Under the pieces are notes generated by a model. That model ran no database searches and was not told the origin of the DNA. It was given only the letters and a program-made list of their open reading frames with translations. Shown here in pieces: positions 13,176 through 25,324 of a stretch of DNA of 64,000 nucleotides. This DNA is from the human T2T-CHM13v2.0 reference genome, Homo sapiens. The DNA lies in assembly GCF_009914755.1 (NCBI RefSeq), contig NC_060940.1. One strand, written 5' to 3'. The first letter of the stretch is position 1. Each line of letters starts with the position of its first letter. Position numbers and translations under genes: made by a program.

Positions 13176-14011
13176 TTTTTATAAACAAAATTGATATGCT
13201 CACTTCAAATTCACCTAATTTTAAGGGATTGAATTATTCCTTAGATGTATTCTGCTGAACTTGCTGGGTCGGATAGTGTAAAGATTGAAAGGATTGATTT
13301 AAAAAATGGAAAAACATTGTGAAGGAAAAAGAAAGGAGGCATTGTTTGAGAACGTTTGTCTTAGACATAGCATCTCTACCCAACAGTGCAACCACTCATT
13401 ATTCCTAGCATTGAGGGAAGAATGGTTAATTTTGGTGAAAGTTCTAGTTCATATGAATTCCTCTCTTTAGTCCTAAAGTTGTTGGGAGTGAAGAGATCTT
13501 TCCATGTCCTCGAGGGCTGGTAGGAAAAATCTGTGTCTTGTTACTACCATGTTCCCCCACCATCTTTCCTTTATAAGTTTTAATTACCCTCCAACCTATA
13601 CCTCATGTAAAGTTTTTCACTATCACGCATTTTCTACACCTTCTATGTACGTAAATACACATATATTTTTAATACTCTTACCTATCTTAGTGTCAGTTCC
13701 AGACATGTTGCCTGGTTAACTTTGAATACTTCAGTGTGTTCCTAAAAACAAGGACATAACCACAATACAATTCCAAAATTAAGAAATTTAACACACTGGT
13801 ATAGTCCTCTGGTCTCATCCACAGTTTGTTTTCCAATTTCATCAATTGTCCCAATAATGACCTTGATGGCAGTTTTGTTCATGGTCCAGAATCTAATCCA
13901 TCATGCATTTCATTTAGTTGTCAAGTCTCTTTAGTGTCTTTTAATCCACAACAGTGACAGTCTTGCTTGGTCTTTTATGATCTTGACATTTTTTTAAGAA
14001 CACATACGCTG

Positions 14012-14384
<373 letters not shown>

Positions 14385-14434
14385 TCATTTTTGCAAGCTT
14401 ACTTGTTTCAGCTGCTACAAAAAAGCACGAGTCT

Positions 14435-14797
14435 TTTAAAAAGGAGTAAAATTCTGACACGTGCTACAACATGGACAAACCTTGAAACATTACGCTAAGT
14501 GAAAGAAACCAGTCGCAAAAGGACAAATATTGTATGATTCTACTTATTTCAGGTACCTAGGATAGTCAAATTCATAGAGACAAAGTAATATAGTGGTTCC
14601 TAGGGACCAGGGGGAGGATAGAATGGGGAGTTGATGTTTAACGGGTATAGAATTTCAGTTTTGGAAGTTGAGAAGGTTTTAGAATACTGATAATAGTTGC
14701 ACAAGAATGCAAATGTTCTTAATGCCACTTAATTGAATACTTTAAAATAATTAAATTGGTAAGTTTTATGTAATGTATATTTTGCTACAATTTTTTA
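14435..14797 (+). mobile_element. L1MB-like 3' end
   Basis: GCTACAACATGGACAAACCTTGAAACATTACGCTAAGTGAAAGAAACCAGTCGCAAAAGGACAAATATTGTATGATTC. Confidence 0.85.
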
Positions 14798-15819
14798 CAA
14801 GAGAGTGGGTCCTCAATATGTAAATATAATGTCAATTAAAATAACAAGAAAACACAGGGCAGTTATTTACTTTGTGGATGACCCTCAATTTGGGTCTTTC
14901 AGCTGTTTCTTTATGATCCCAGTTGGGGTGTGCATTTTTGCCAGGGATACCCCCAAGTAATAATGTCCTGTTTTTCCCAGGGTGCCATATTAAGAGACAC
15001 ATGATATTAGTTTGTCTATTATTGGTGATATTAACATCAGTCCTTTGGATCATATGATGTCTCTCAGATATCTCCACTAAAAACTTTCTCACTGTAATTA
15101 ATACATAGTTTGGGGGTGGGAGGAATGGTTTTAGACTTTTAAAATACCGATTTGTCATCGATCCTTCATTCACTAGTTTTACCATTCATTGATGATTCTT
15201 GTCTGAGTCAATTATGATTATTACGGCTATCAAATGATGGTTTTCTAACCCCATTGCACTTATATGTGTGGGTTGGCATTCTATTTCCTTTCCTATATAT
15301 ATACATTTAATTACTTATTTCAGTATAAAGTCATGGATTCGTGTTTTTATTCTATGAACTACAATCGGTTACTTTCGTTATTTGTTTTGATGCTCAAGTT
15401 GTATCATATGTATTCACTGGGAGCCCCTTCAAGCTGGCTCCTGTATCATTTTGACATAAACCCGTAAGTTTTTTTTAATAACATCCTTATTCCTTGGCAC
15501 CAGAAGATATTCCAGGTATATCTTGACTTTTCTTGCCCCAGTCCTAGAGCCAGGAGGCCATTTTTCCACAGAGTAATCCTTCCTTTGATTGGAGAGTGGT
15601 GTTTAGAAACAAAGTTCTGGGCGATTATGGCTTCTGGACCCTCTAAATAGACAATATAGATAGAACTAGGAAAAAATACACACATGCACATACACATGTA
15701 TATATAATTATCTTTTCAAAGCCAAGAATTTGTTAATCCTTCCTAAGGATTATGTTCTTCCCAACAGGATACATTATCTAGGTTAAAATTTCCCTGCCTA
15801 TCTGATATCACTTGTTATT

Positions 15820-15950
15820 ACGAGTTATCTTTTATCTGTCTGTTAGGCTGTGAGACCCTTCAGAAGAGAGACTTCATATTTTTTGTCATCTTTGTATCCC
15901 CATTGCCTAGGAAGATGTCTGGTACAGATTAGGTACTAATATTAATTCAT
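15820..15950 (+). mobile_element. L2 3' end
   Basis: TAGGCTGTGAGACCCTT...TCTTTGTATCCCCATTGCCTAG...TCTGGTACAG. Confidence 0.65.
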
Positions 15951-17615
15951 AGGATTGTTGGGTGAAACGATGGTTGAATGAAAGGATGGTTGGTTAGGAT
16001 CATTGGGTAGGAGGGTGGATGGGTGGAGTGGAGATTCGATGGAAAAGTATAGTTGGGTGGGAGGATAGTTCTTTGGGATCCTGGGTAGGAGGGTTGTTGG
16101 GTAGAATGGAGATTGGGTGGAAGTATACTCGGATGAGAGGGTGGTTGGTAAGGATCTTTGGGTAGGAGTATTGTTGGGTGGAATAGAGATTGGGTGGAAG
16201 TATACTCGGATGGAAGGATAGTTGGTTAGGATCTTTGGGTAGGAGGATGGTTGGGTGGAGTGGAGACTTGGTGGAAGTATAGTCGGATGGAAGGATGGTT
16301 GGTTAGGATCTTTGGGTAGGAGGATGGTTGGGTGGAATGGAGAATTGGTGGAAGAGTATAGTTGGATGGAAGGATAGTTGGTTAGGATCTTTGGGTAGGA
16401 GTATTGTTGGATGGAATGGAGATTGGGTGGAAGTATAGTTGGATGGAAGGATAGCTGGTTAGGATCTTTGGGTAGGAGGATGGTTGGGTGGAATGGAGAT
16501 TGGGTGGAAGAGTAGAGTTGGATGGAAGGATAGTTCATTGGGATCACTGGGCAGGAGTTTTGTTGGGTGGAAAGGAGAATGGGTGGAAGTATAGTTGGAT
16601 GGAAGGATAGTTGGTGAGGATCTTTGGATAGGAGGATAGTTGGGTGGAATGGAGATTGGGTGGAAGTATAGTTGGATGGAAGGACAGTTGGTTAGGATTG
16701 TTGGGTAGGAGTATTGTTGGGTGGAATGGAGATTGGGTGGAAGTATAACTGGATGGGAGGATGGTTGGTTAGGATCTTTGGGTAGGAGTACGGTCGGGTG
16801 GAATGGAGATTTGATGGAAGAGTATAGTTGGATGGAAGTGTAGTTGGTTAGGATTGTTGGGTAGGAGGATTGTTGTGTAGAATGGAGATTGGGTGGAAGT
16901 ATAGTCGGATGGGAGGGTGGTTGGTAAGGATCTTTGGGTAGGAGGATGGTTGGGTGGAATGGAGATTCAGTGGCAGAGTATAGTTGGATGGAAGGATAGT
17001 TCATTGTGATCACTGGGTAGGAGTATTGTTGGGTGGAATGGAGATTGGGTGGAAGTATAACTGTATGGGAGGATTGTTGTTTAGGATCTTTGGGTAGGAG
17101 GATGTTTGGGTGGAGTGGAGATTCAGCGGAAGTGTATAGTTGGATAGAAGGATAGTTCGTTGGGATCACTGGGTAGGAGGATAGTGTAGAATGGAGATTG
17201 GGTGGAAGTATTGTCGGATGGGAGGATGGTTGGTAAGGATCTTTGTGTAGGAGGATGGTTGGGTGGAATGGAGATTCGGCGGAAGAGTATAGTTGGATGG
17301 AAGGATAGTTTTTTAGGATCACTGGGTAGGAGCATTGTTGGGTGCAATGGAGATTGGGTGGAAGTATAACTGGATGGGAGGATGGTTGGTTAGGATCTTT
17401 GGGTAGGAGGATGGTTGGTGGAATGGAGATTCAGTGGAAATGTATAGTTGGATACAAGGATAGTTCATTGGGATCACAGGGTACGAGGATTGTTGTGTAG
17501 AATGGAGATTGGGTGGAAGTATAGTCGGATGAGAGGATGGTTGGCAAAATCTTTGAGTAGGAGGATGATTGGGTGGAATGGAGATTGGGTAGATATACAG
17601 TTGGATGGAAGAATG
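15951..17615. repeat. G-rich minisatellite (VNTR), about 21 monomers of 77/79 bp
   Basis: Unit approx. GGATCTTTGGGTAGGAGGATGGTTGGGTGGAATGGAGATTGGGTGGAAGTATAGTTGGATGGAAGGATAGTTGGTTA; GGATC-like anchors at 15997, 16076, 16152, 16229, 16306, 16385, 16462, 16541...17471. Confidence 0.97.
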
Positions 17616-20254
17616 GTTTTCATGCAAGAGCATTTGGGTTAGGGGATGGTTGGATGAGAGGAGTTGTTAAGTGGAAGAATTGTGACGATAAAGGATCATT
17701 ATGTGGGAAGACGGTTGTGTGGGATGTGGTCTGCATGTCTTATTTAGCAATGTATGTCTTTTTTGTTATACTTCTGTACTCATTGCATTCAGGTGCTGTT
17801 TAAGAAGTTATTTTGGTTCCTTTTTGTCTTTCAGATAGTAGGTGTTCATTCAGTATCTATTGACTGTGTGACTATGACTTTCAGGAACAGGAATGGATGA
17901 TTTATCTTTCGATTCTTTGCATTCTCCATAGTGCTCAGCTTGGCGTAAATACAGATTTAATATTCAGTTTGACAGTAAGTCAGTTAGAAAACCACAGCAA
18001 CATAATATCTGCCCTATTTACCTTTTAAAGAAAACTAAGGATGCTGTATTAGTTTCTTCAACACTGAGTGTGGACTTGATTCATTCTCTCTGGATATTCA
18101 GTTGCCCCAAAATTATTCAAGTAGTCTACTTGGCAAGTATTTCAAGAATGGAGGGCATTGTTTAGCCTTGTAATTATTCATTGGCTCATGTAATTAGGAG
18201 ACAAACTTTTGCTTTGGAATAAGGGTTACACCACACAATTTGGGATCATTTTGTGATCAGGCAATTGAATAGGCTAGAAAGAATTCCTTTACTGATGGAT
18301 AGACATTCTGAATACCTGTTTTATCCTTTTCTATTTTCTCATACTAAGAAAGTAAGTAGCAAATTCTTCTCACACTGATATTGTGAACAGAAAGGAACTC
18401 TACTATTTTTGGCCATATATATGTTTTTTTAATTTTGGATCTATTATGTGTTCTAGTGTCTTTAGAGAAAATTTTCGTAATTGAACCTTAGAAGAGAAGA
18501 CAAATGCTGTGTAATGTACATAAGAACAAGAAGACGTTACTCTAGCTGAAAATGTCTTTTTTCCACAGTACTTTATATCCTGGCCAACTGCTCTTGTGCA
18601 AGGCGACCAAGTAACATTTTCCCATTCAGCTATAAGAACGAAGAGACTGTTATTGCCACTGGCTGGTATTGAGTAATCGTACATAGGTGGGGTGAGTTGA
18701 AGGCAATCTGAATTATAAAACACCTTCCTTTGAAGTCAAATCAATTTTTATTCTTAATCTGTGAACATGAGATGGGAACAAATAACTTCTGAGTGAAATA
18801 AAGATTTCTTAGCCTGTCAAGATTTATCTTATCAGGCTGAAGAGGTGGGATTCCTGTTAGCAACTGGCAGTTTTAAAAATCCATTCGCCTGAGGAAGTGT
18901 GAAAACAGTCTGCAGAACAAAGACACTGAGCTATTGCTGCATTGAGTGCTTATTTGCTCCTTTTTTACATTTCCTGCTTGAGACCTCGCCAGGTCCAACT
19001 TTAAAACGTTTGCAGGCTAATGGGAGTGTGTGCACAGGGAGTATCAGAAATCATTTCCTTAGGGGAGGAGGTGTTTTGTGGTGCAAAATGTTGAGGTTCT
19101 GTTGCCAAAACACCAACTGCAAGAGGGTATTTTCTGTGAACTTCATGGGTGGCTTTCATAGGGAATTCTCCATGTCATTCTCTGATGTCTTTTATTGGCC
19201 CTTGTTTTGCCAGAGTGGGGAAAAAAAACAAAAACAAAAACAAAAACCACCTTCCCTGTGTCATTTCTCTTTTAACAAAGAAAGCCAAAATAATTCTATA
19301 AATGAAAGTCATGCACATGTAGAACTTTGGGTGCAGCTCTAGAGTATTTTTTTTTTTTAACCCTCCTAGGATGAAGCCAAAAGAAGAAAACTGGTTGTAT
19401 TTCTCTAACATTTTTAGGCAGATGATCGTTTCTGGGCAGGGGGAAAATGCCAAAGCCTGTGCAGTTTCTCTTTCGGCTCATTTGAAAATACTCTAGGAAA
19501 AGACCCCTGTGGATTCTCTGCCCCTTCTGTAATGTGTGGAATCATGTGATTGCTGGACAGCCCCCTTGGAAGCCTGCCAGCCCAGCCTCTTCAGCATCCA
19601 GATGGGAACCCGGAGGCGCATCTCACAGCGGACCGTTGATTAACCCAAGGTCACCTGGCTCTGGTTTCTGACGGAGCGAGAATGAGTACCCAGAGGTTTC
19701 CAGAACCTCAGCACAAAGGGTATCCATGATGAACAGGCATTTCCCTATCCCTTCTCTCTCCTGTCCCCTGCATAAACAATGCAAAAAACACACTCCCTTC
19801 TTGGCCAGGACCCAAAGACCTATTATCCTACACATGTCTTTCTGTGCTTTGAGGGATCAGCAGGGGTGCCAGTGAACTTGGATTACTCTTTGGATCACCC
19901 TGCTGCCTCCAGCTCCCCCTCTGTTTTGTTTCATGACTCAGTCATCCTGTTTGAGCTCATTTACCACTTGTATAGGGGTACATTCCTTGACTTCTCAGAG
20001 CAAACCAAGCCCCCATCCATGATTTCTTCTTCTTTTACAATGAGCTCTCATATCACATTTATCCCAGTGGAAATTTCATATCAATATCTGTGATTCTTTG
20101 ACTGTTCTCTCTTTCCCCTAGACTCCAGGATCCTTGGGATCACTGGCCTTGTCATTTATGTTCCTGCTTATGTCCTATAGCCTGGCACTTAGTGAGGCGG
20201 TGTGTTGTGTTGGGTTTTGTTTGTTTGTTGGTTGGTTGTTGTTGTTGTTGTTTG

Positions 20255-20610
20255 CAAGGGCCCCTGCAAAGTATCACAAACTAGGTGGCTTAAAAAAGCA
20301 GACATCCATTCTCTTGCTGTTCTGGAGCCCAGGAGGCTGAAATCAAGGTGTTAGCAGGGACATGATCCCTCTGAAGGCATTAAGGGTGAATCCTTCGTTG
20401 CCTTTTCCAGTTTCTGGTAGTTGCTGGCATTCCCTGGCATTCTGCGGCTTGCAGCTGCGTTTTTGAAAGCTGCCTCACTCCTAACCTCTGTTTACATTGG
20501 TGTCTGTTCACGTCACCTGTCCTCTATGTGTGTATCTCTGTGTCCAGATTTTCTTCCGTTTGTGAAACCAGCAGTCCTTGGTTTAGGGCCCAACTAATGG
20601 TTTCATGACT
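20255..20610 (-). mobile_element. MLT1 (MLT1B/C-like) MaLR LTR, partial
   Basis: AAGTATCACAAACTAGGTGGCTTAAA...TGAAATCAAGGTGTTAGCAGGG. Confidence 0.8.
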
Positions 20611-20612
20611 CC

Positions 20613-21387
20613 TGTGTTAGCTTCCTAGATTGCAGTAAGAAGTATCAGAAGCTCAGTGGCCTAAAACTACAGAAATGTGTTTTCTTACAGTGCTGGAGGC
20701 TGGAAATCTGAAATCGGGGTATTAGCAGCGCCATGCATTCTTCAAAGGACCCAGGGAAGAATTCTTGCTTTCCTCTTTCAGCTTCTAGTAGTCGTTAGGG
20801 ATCTGGCGGCCCTCAGCTTCGAGATGTGTCACTCCAATCTCTGGCTTGGGTATCACATAGCCTTCCCTGTGTTTTTCTCTGTCTCCAAACTTCCTTCTTC
20901 TTATAAAGGTATTGGTCCCCAGACTGGGCTCGGTGGCTCATGCATATAATCCCAGTACTTTGGGAGGCTGAGGCAGGTGGATCACTTTGAACTCAGGAGT
21001 TCGATACCAGCCTGGGCAACATGGAAAAATTCCATCCCTACAAAAAAAAATTAAAAATTAGCTGAGCACGGTGGCCTGTGCCTGTAGGCCCAGCTACTTG
21101 GAGGCTGAGGTTAGAGGATCACTTAAGCCCAGGAAGTGGAGGTTGCAGTGAGCCAAGGTCATGCAACTGCACTCCATCCTGAGTGACAGAGTGAGACCCT
21201 GTCTCAAAAAAAAAAAAAAAAAGAAAAAGAAAAAAAAAGGTATCAGTCCCTGTATTTAGGCCTCATCTTAATTCCATATGAACTCATCTTAATTACATCT
21301 ATAAAGACCCTATTTCCAAATAAGCCCACGTTCTGACATTCTGGGGGGCCATGGATTTCTGGGGGTTGTTATCCAACCCAGTGTACA
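20613..21387 (-). mobile_element. MLT1 (MLT1B/C-like) solo LTR containing an Alu
   Basis: TG...CA termini (TGTGTTAG...GTGTACA); AAAGACCCTATTTCCAAATAAG. Confidence 0.85.
20921..21238 (+). mobile_element. Alu (AluJ-like) inserted in MLT1
   Basis: AGCCTGGGCAACATGG; TSD AAAGGTATTGGTCCC / AAAGGTATCAGTCCC. Confidence 0.92.
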
Positions 21388-22524
21388 AGGCAGTACACAT
21401 TTATTGAATGCATGAATGAATGATAATGCTCTGGGCCCTGGCAAGTCTCAGCCTGGAGAACTGAGTCTGCCTGCCTGCGTAGAATCAAGAACAACATGCA
21501 CTTCAGTGGAATTTGGGAAGGGTCAGGGTCTGTGCCGACAGAAATGGAAAAATCCTCCAAGCGCCTCACCCTCTCTTAAAAGACTCCTCAAGATTGCTTT
21601 GCTGTTCTACCCTCTACAGTGTTTTTAATATGTCTATTTAAATGCAAATTTTGACTTTCTGTCTGTAATCATATAAAATGTTTGGCACTAAAATTTTAAT
21701 CAGGAATGTAATTTTAGATAGAGGCGGTAATGGAGTGGTAGGCCACACATAACAGAATGAAGCTTCCCCAACGTGGATTCCCAGACTATGGAAGTGCTGG
21801 CCTCCCTGCTCCCAGCTGAGCCGGGAAAACTCTGCCCCACTCCAAGAGGTGCTTCTCAAAGATGATTCCTGATCCCAGGCATGTCCTGTGTCCTGTCACC
21901 AATCCTGGTGCTTCATCGTCCTTTAAAATCCAAACGAGGTGATCTAGTGTTCTTCCTCTGCGTCCTCTGGTCTTCTAGCATCCTGGATAGGCCGTGTATG
22001 TTTAGAAAGAGGGGCTCCACCCTGTGCCCGCCTAAGATGATGGCTCATTTATCAAGACCAGGCTGGAGGCTCAGCTACCAGAGCTTCTGTTGTTTGGGAG
22101 GAAGGCTGCCAGCAGCAGATGTTTGTCCTCGCCTCAGCTCCCTGCAGCCTTTGAGCTCCATCTGCCGCACACTCGGGCACAGCTGCCAGTGCTTCCCCTC
22201 CGTGCTCACCTTTCACCTCTCACGGAGGCTGGGGTTTCATGCATCTGGGCCCAACAGAGAGATGGTGACCCAGACCCTGCGATCCTGGTGCCACAATCCT
22301 TCCCAACAGCTTGCTGGGCATCTTTCTGCAGTAGCCTGTCAGCATGCTGGAAGCAGCACCGATGGAGGTTGTTGAGCAGGGTTGCAATTGTAGCCCGTCA
22401 CTTTGGTCTTGGTGTTCCATCTTGTTAGGGCAAGAGAGTCAGAGCACACACAGCCATCTCCTGGCTGGATCATCTGGTGGAGTGGGAGTGTGCACGTGCC
22501 CACCCCCATTTCTAAATAAGATAT

Positions 22525-22745
22525 GCATTGTCTCAGGGCCTTTGCAATGTCCACTCCCTAGTCCTCAATGCTCTTCCCCATTGGTCATCCCAGAGCTCAT
22601 CTCAAATGTCACCCTTTAGAGGGGCAGCTGTCAGTCTTCCCAGTTAAAGCATATGCCAACCCCCTCATCACTCCTGGTCTCAACAACCTCTTTATTTCCC
22701 TCATTGCTATTATTTTCATCTGTAATTCTCATCTTTATAATATCT
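22525..22745 (+). mobile_element. L2 fragment
   Basis: CTCAGGGCCTTTGCA...CTCAAATGTCACC. Confidence 0.65.
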
Positions 22746-22749
22746 CTTG

Positions 22750-23900
22750 AATGAATCTTTAGGAGGATTACTCTTCCTAGAGTGTGCAAAACGGATTGCA
22801 GGGATGGTGAGAGGTGGGCGGAAATGTTGGAAAGGGGACAAGGGTGGAATTGGTAGCACTGATCTTGTTGAGAGAGGATTGGCCCTGGAAAAAGAAAGTA
22901 GCAATGGAGCAGGAAGTAATTAGACATAGAAGAGAGCTCTTCACGTGGGAGGTGAGGAGAATCGGTGTTGGGATTGTGTGTTAGGACTGAGGAAGGAGGA
23001 GGAGGAGGATGCCCAGCTTTCTAAACTGGGTATTTGAGTGGATGGGGGTGACTTGCCGAAAATAAAGAATGGTTTGAGAAGAAAGATGCTGTGCTCATCT
23101 TGGAAATGTTGAGTTTTGGGCCCCTGTAGAAGACCCAGCTGAGATTTGCAGGTCTGCATCAAATGGAGAATTCATCAGAGAGGCAATGGTACTCAAAACC
23201 ATGACAGTGAAAGGTGCTTCCCTAGGAGAGAGGCAGGATAAAAAAATAAGGTGGCCCAAAATTAGGATGGCCACACATCCCAGTTAGCCAGGATATTCCT
23301 GCCTTATACCTGTTGTTCCACCATAATTTCTAATGGCCCCCGCCCCCCTACTTTCACTTTCACTTGTCTCAGTGAACTATATCGTCACCCTACCCGCATG
23401 AGAAGGTTGGGGAAATTCAGAGTTCATAGGAGGGCATAAGAACCCACTGAAAAAAACTGAGTATGAGCAGAAGGGTAGAAAGAAAAACCGGGGTAGTGTT
23501 GGGTAATGTATGCCAAGGGTAGAAAATTGACAAGAGAAGAATCATTCATGTCAAATGGGTCACAGAGGTGAAGTCATGCAAGTGTCAAGAGCTGTGCATT
23601 GGATTTAGCTACCAAAAAAAAAAAAAAAAAGTCTTGATGACCCTGTAATCATGATGGTGGGAATATGCCAGAGACAGGTGGCTTTGAGGAGAAAATCATT
23701 GATGAGAAACTAGAGACAGTCAGTTCCACTAAGTTTTGTTGTGCAAGAAGGGGGATATGTTAGAGGAGTTTGCAGACGGGCATGAGAGAACAAGAGAAGG
23801 TTCATGGGATGGGAGGCATTTGAGCATGCGTCAGTCCTGGAAAGGGGCCTGATGGAGAAAGCTTCAGGAGAGGGGGTGTCCACATGATACAGCAGTGTTC
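22750..23900 (-). mobile_element. L2 fragment(s)
   Basis: Purine-rich antisense L2 motifs such as TTGGAAATGTTGAGTTT and CATTGGATTTAGC. Confidence 0.6.
23263..23392. mobile_element. MER94 (hAT-Blackjack) MITE
   Basis: TAGGATGGCCA...CGTCACCCTA terminal inverted repeats; TTATACCTGTTGTTCC core. Confidence 0.7.
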
Positions 23901-24326
23901 CCAAGGGAGAGAGAGCAGATGCAGGAAGGGACACCTTCCCTGTTAACAGGCAAGAAAGAGCAAGTTGGGGTGTAAGGAAGTCCGTAGGCTTTATGGCGGG
24001 GATTTGAAGAGAGTAGCATTTATTTTCTCCTCTGAGGTAGGAGGCATCTGAGAGGTGGGGGAGGTTGAAGATGGGAGGAAAGTAGACAGTTGCTTTAAAT
24101 AGCCACATGGAAAATGGGAGAAGGAATTGGCTCATTCAGATGACTTTTATTGGGTGCCTTCTGTGCTCCAAGCCCTGGGAATCAACTAGTGAAGAAAACA
24201 ATCCAATGGGACTGATGTTCTCCTTGGAAAGAGAACAGTGACGGTGGTGGAGGCAGCAAAGGGAACACTGGAGGCTGAAGACCCCTCCCCAACTTATAAT
24301 GATGCGTCTGTGAGTGGTGAATGGTG

Positions 24327-24330
<4 letters not shown>

Positions 24331-24358
<28 letters not shown>
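24331..24358. repeat. Poly(T)28 run
   Basis: Read directly. Confidence 0.95.
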
Positions 24359-24534
24359 GTAGAACTCAGCAGCTTGGGTCTAGACACAGAGAAAATGGAC
24401 AACTTATGGTCTAGAGATGGCAGCACAGAAAGGAAGGTGAGTTGAACTTCTGGGGGGAAAATAAATGGCAGGTAAAGTTATGGACCATTTGATCAAATCC
24501 TGGTGTGAAATAAAGAGCATACTTAGGATATGTC

Positions 24535-24890
24535 TTTTGTTTTTTCTTCTTTTCCTCTGACATGCATTGCTATCATGAGTGTCCTTGAACAAATCTCTTT
24601 GGGGGCATACAAAACCATTTCTGTAAAACAGGTGTTAAGTATAGGAACTCTGGGTCCAAAGGAGAACACATAATCAATTTGGATAAATATTGCCAAATTG
24701 TCTGTTGCACATTCCTCACCAGTTTGTGCTGCCTTCAGCAGTGCCCAAAGCGCCTCCTTCCCTTCACATACCGTTGCCAACATAGGCCATTATCTTTCTG
24801 AGTTTTACCAAGTGGAGGAACAAACCAAAGGTCCTCATATTTTTCTGTGCATTCTGGTGATTGCTTGTCTTGGCGAGCATCTTCTTTTTA
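24535..24890 (-). mobile_element. Old L1 (L1ME-like) ORF2 3' remnant
   Basis: GATAAATATTGCCAAATTG...CAGCAGTG...CCTTCACATACCGTTGCCAACA. Confidence 0.6.
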
Positions 24891-25081
24891 AAATAATCTT
24901 GCTGGGGGACTTGTGGTATGCAATGATGACTGTGGAAGTATTTTAGGGGGCAGGTCAGAGAGGAGATGCCTGTCAGTTTGGGGCAAGGGGATTTGGGAAG
25001 TTTTTGGAGGAAATCAAATGGGAGACAAAAGAATTTGTCTGAGAGCTGGAGAAGAAGGAATAGATCCTAGAGACATTTTCA

Positions 25082-25324
25082 TTTTTGTTGCATTTTATTT
25101 TTATAGATTTAAGATGTGTAAGTACAAATTTCTCATGTGCATATATTGCGTAGTGATGAGGTCTAAGCATTTAGTGTACCCATCACTGGAATAGTAAACA
25201 TTGTACCCAAAAGGTAATTTTTCAACCCTCACCTCCCTCCCACCCTTCCATCTTTTGCGATCTCCAGTGTCTATTATTCCACCCTGTATGTCATGTGTAC
25301 CCATTGTTTAGCTCCCAGTTATAA
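25082..25324 (-). mobile_element. 5'-truncated L1PB/L1MA 3' end with TSD
   Basis: TTTAGTGTACCCATCAC...TGTTTAGCTCCCAGTTATAA; flanks CTAGAGACATTTT / CTAGAGATATGTT. Confidence 0.85.

Larger units (their letters stand above)
19960..21425 (+). mobile_element. L2 3' end split by two MLT1 LTRs
   Basis: CCTATAGCCTGGCACTTAGTGAGG near 20190; tail ATTTATTGAATGCATGAATGAATGA resumes near 21400. Confidence 0.6.

Noticed and set aside
15951-17615. Regularly spaced repeats as a CRISPR-like array
   Set aside because: Units are contiguous tandem copies with no unique spacers, there are no cas genes, and the context is primate DNA
21881-22375. 164-aa ORF in a GC-richer patch
   Set aside because: No recognisable homology or exon boundaries; overlapping ORFs in several frames reflect local stop-codon scarcity
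24331-24358. Isolated poly(T)28 as an orphan retrotransposon tail
   Set aside because: No TSD or adjoining element body found; simple slippage is sufficient
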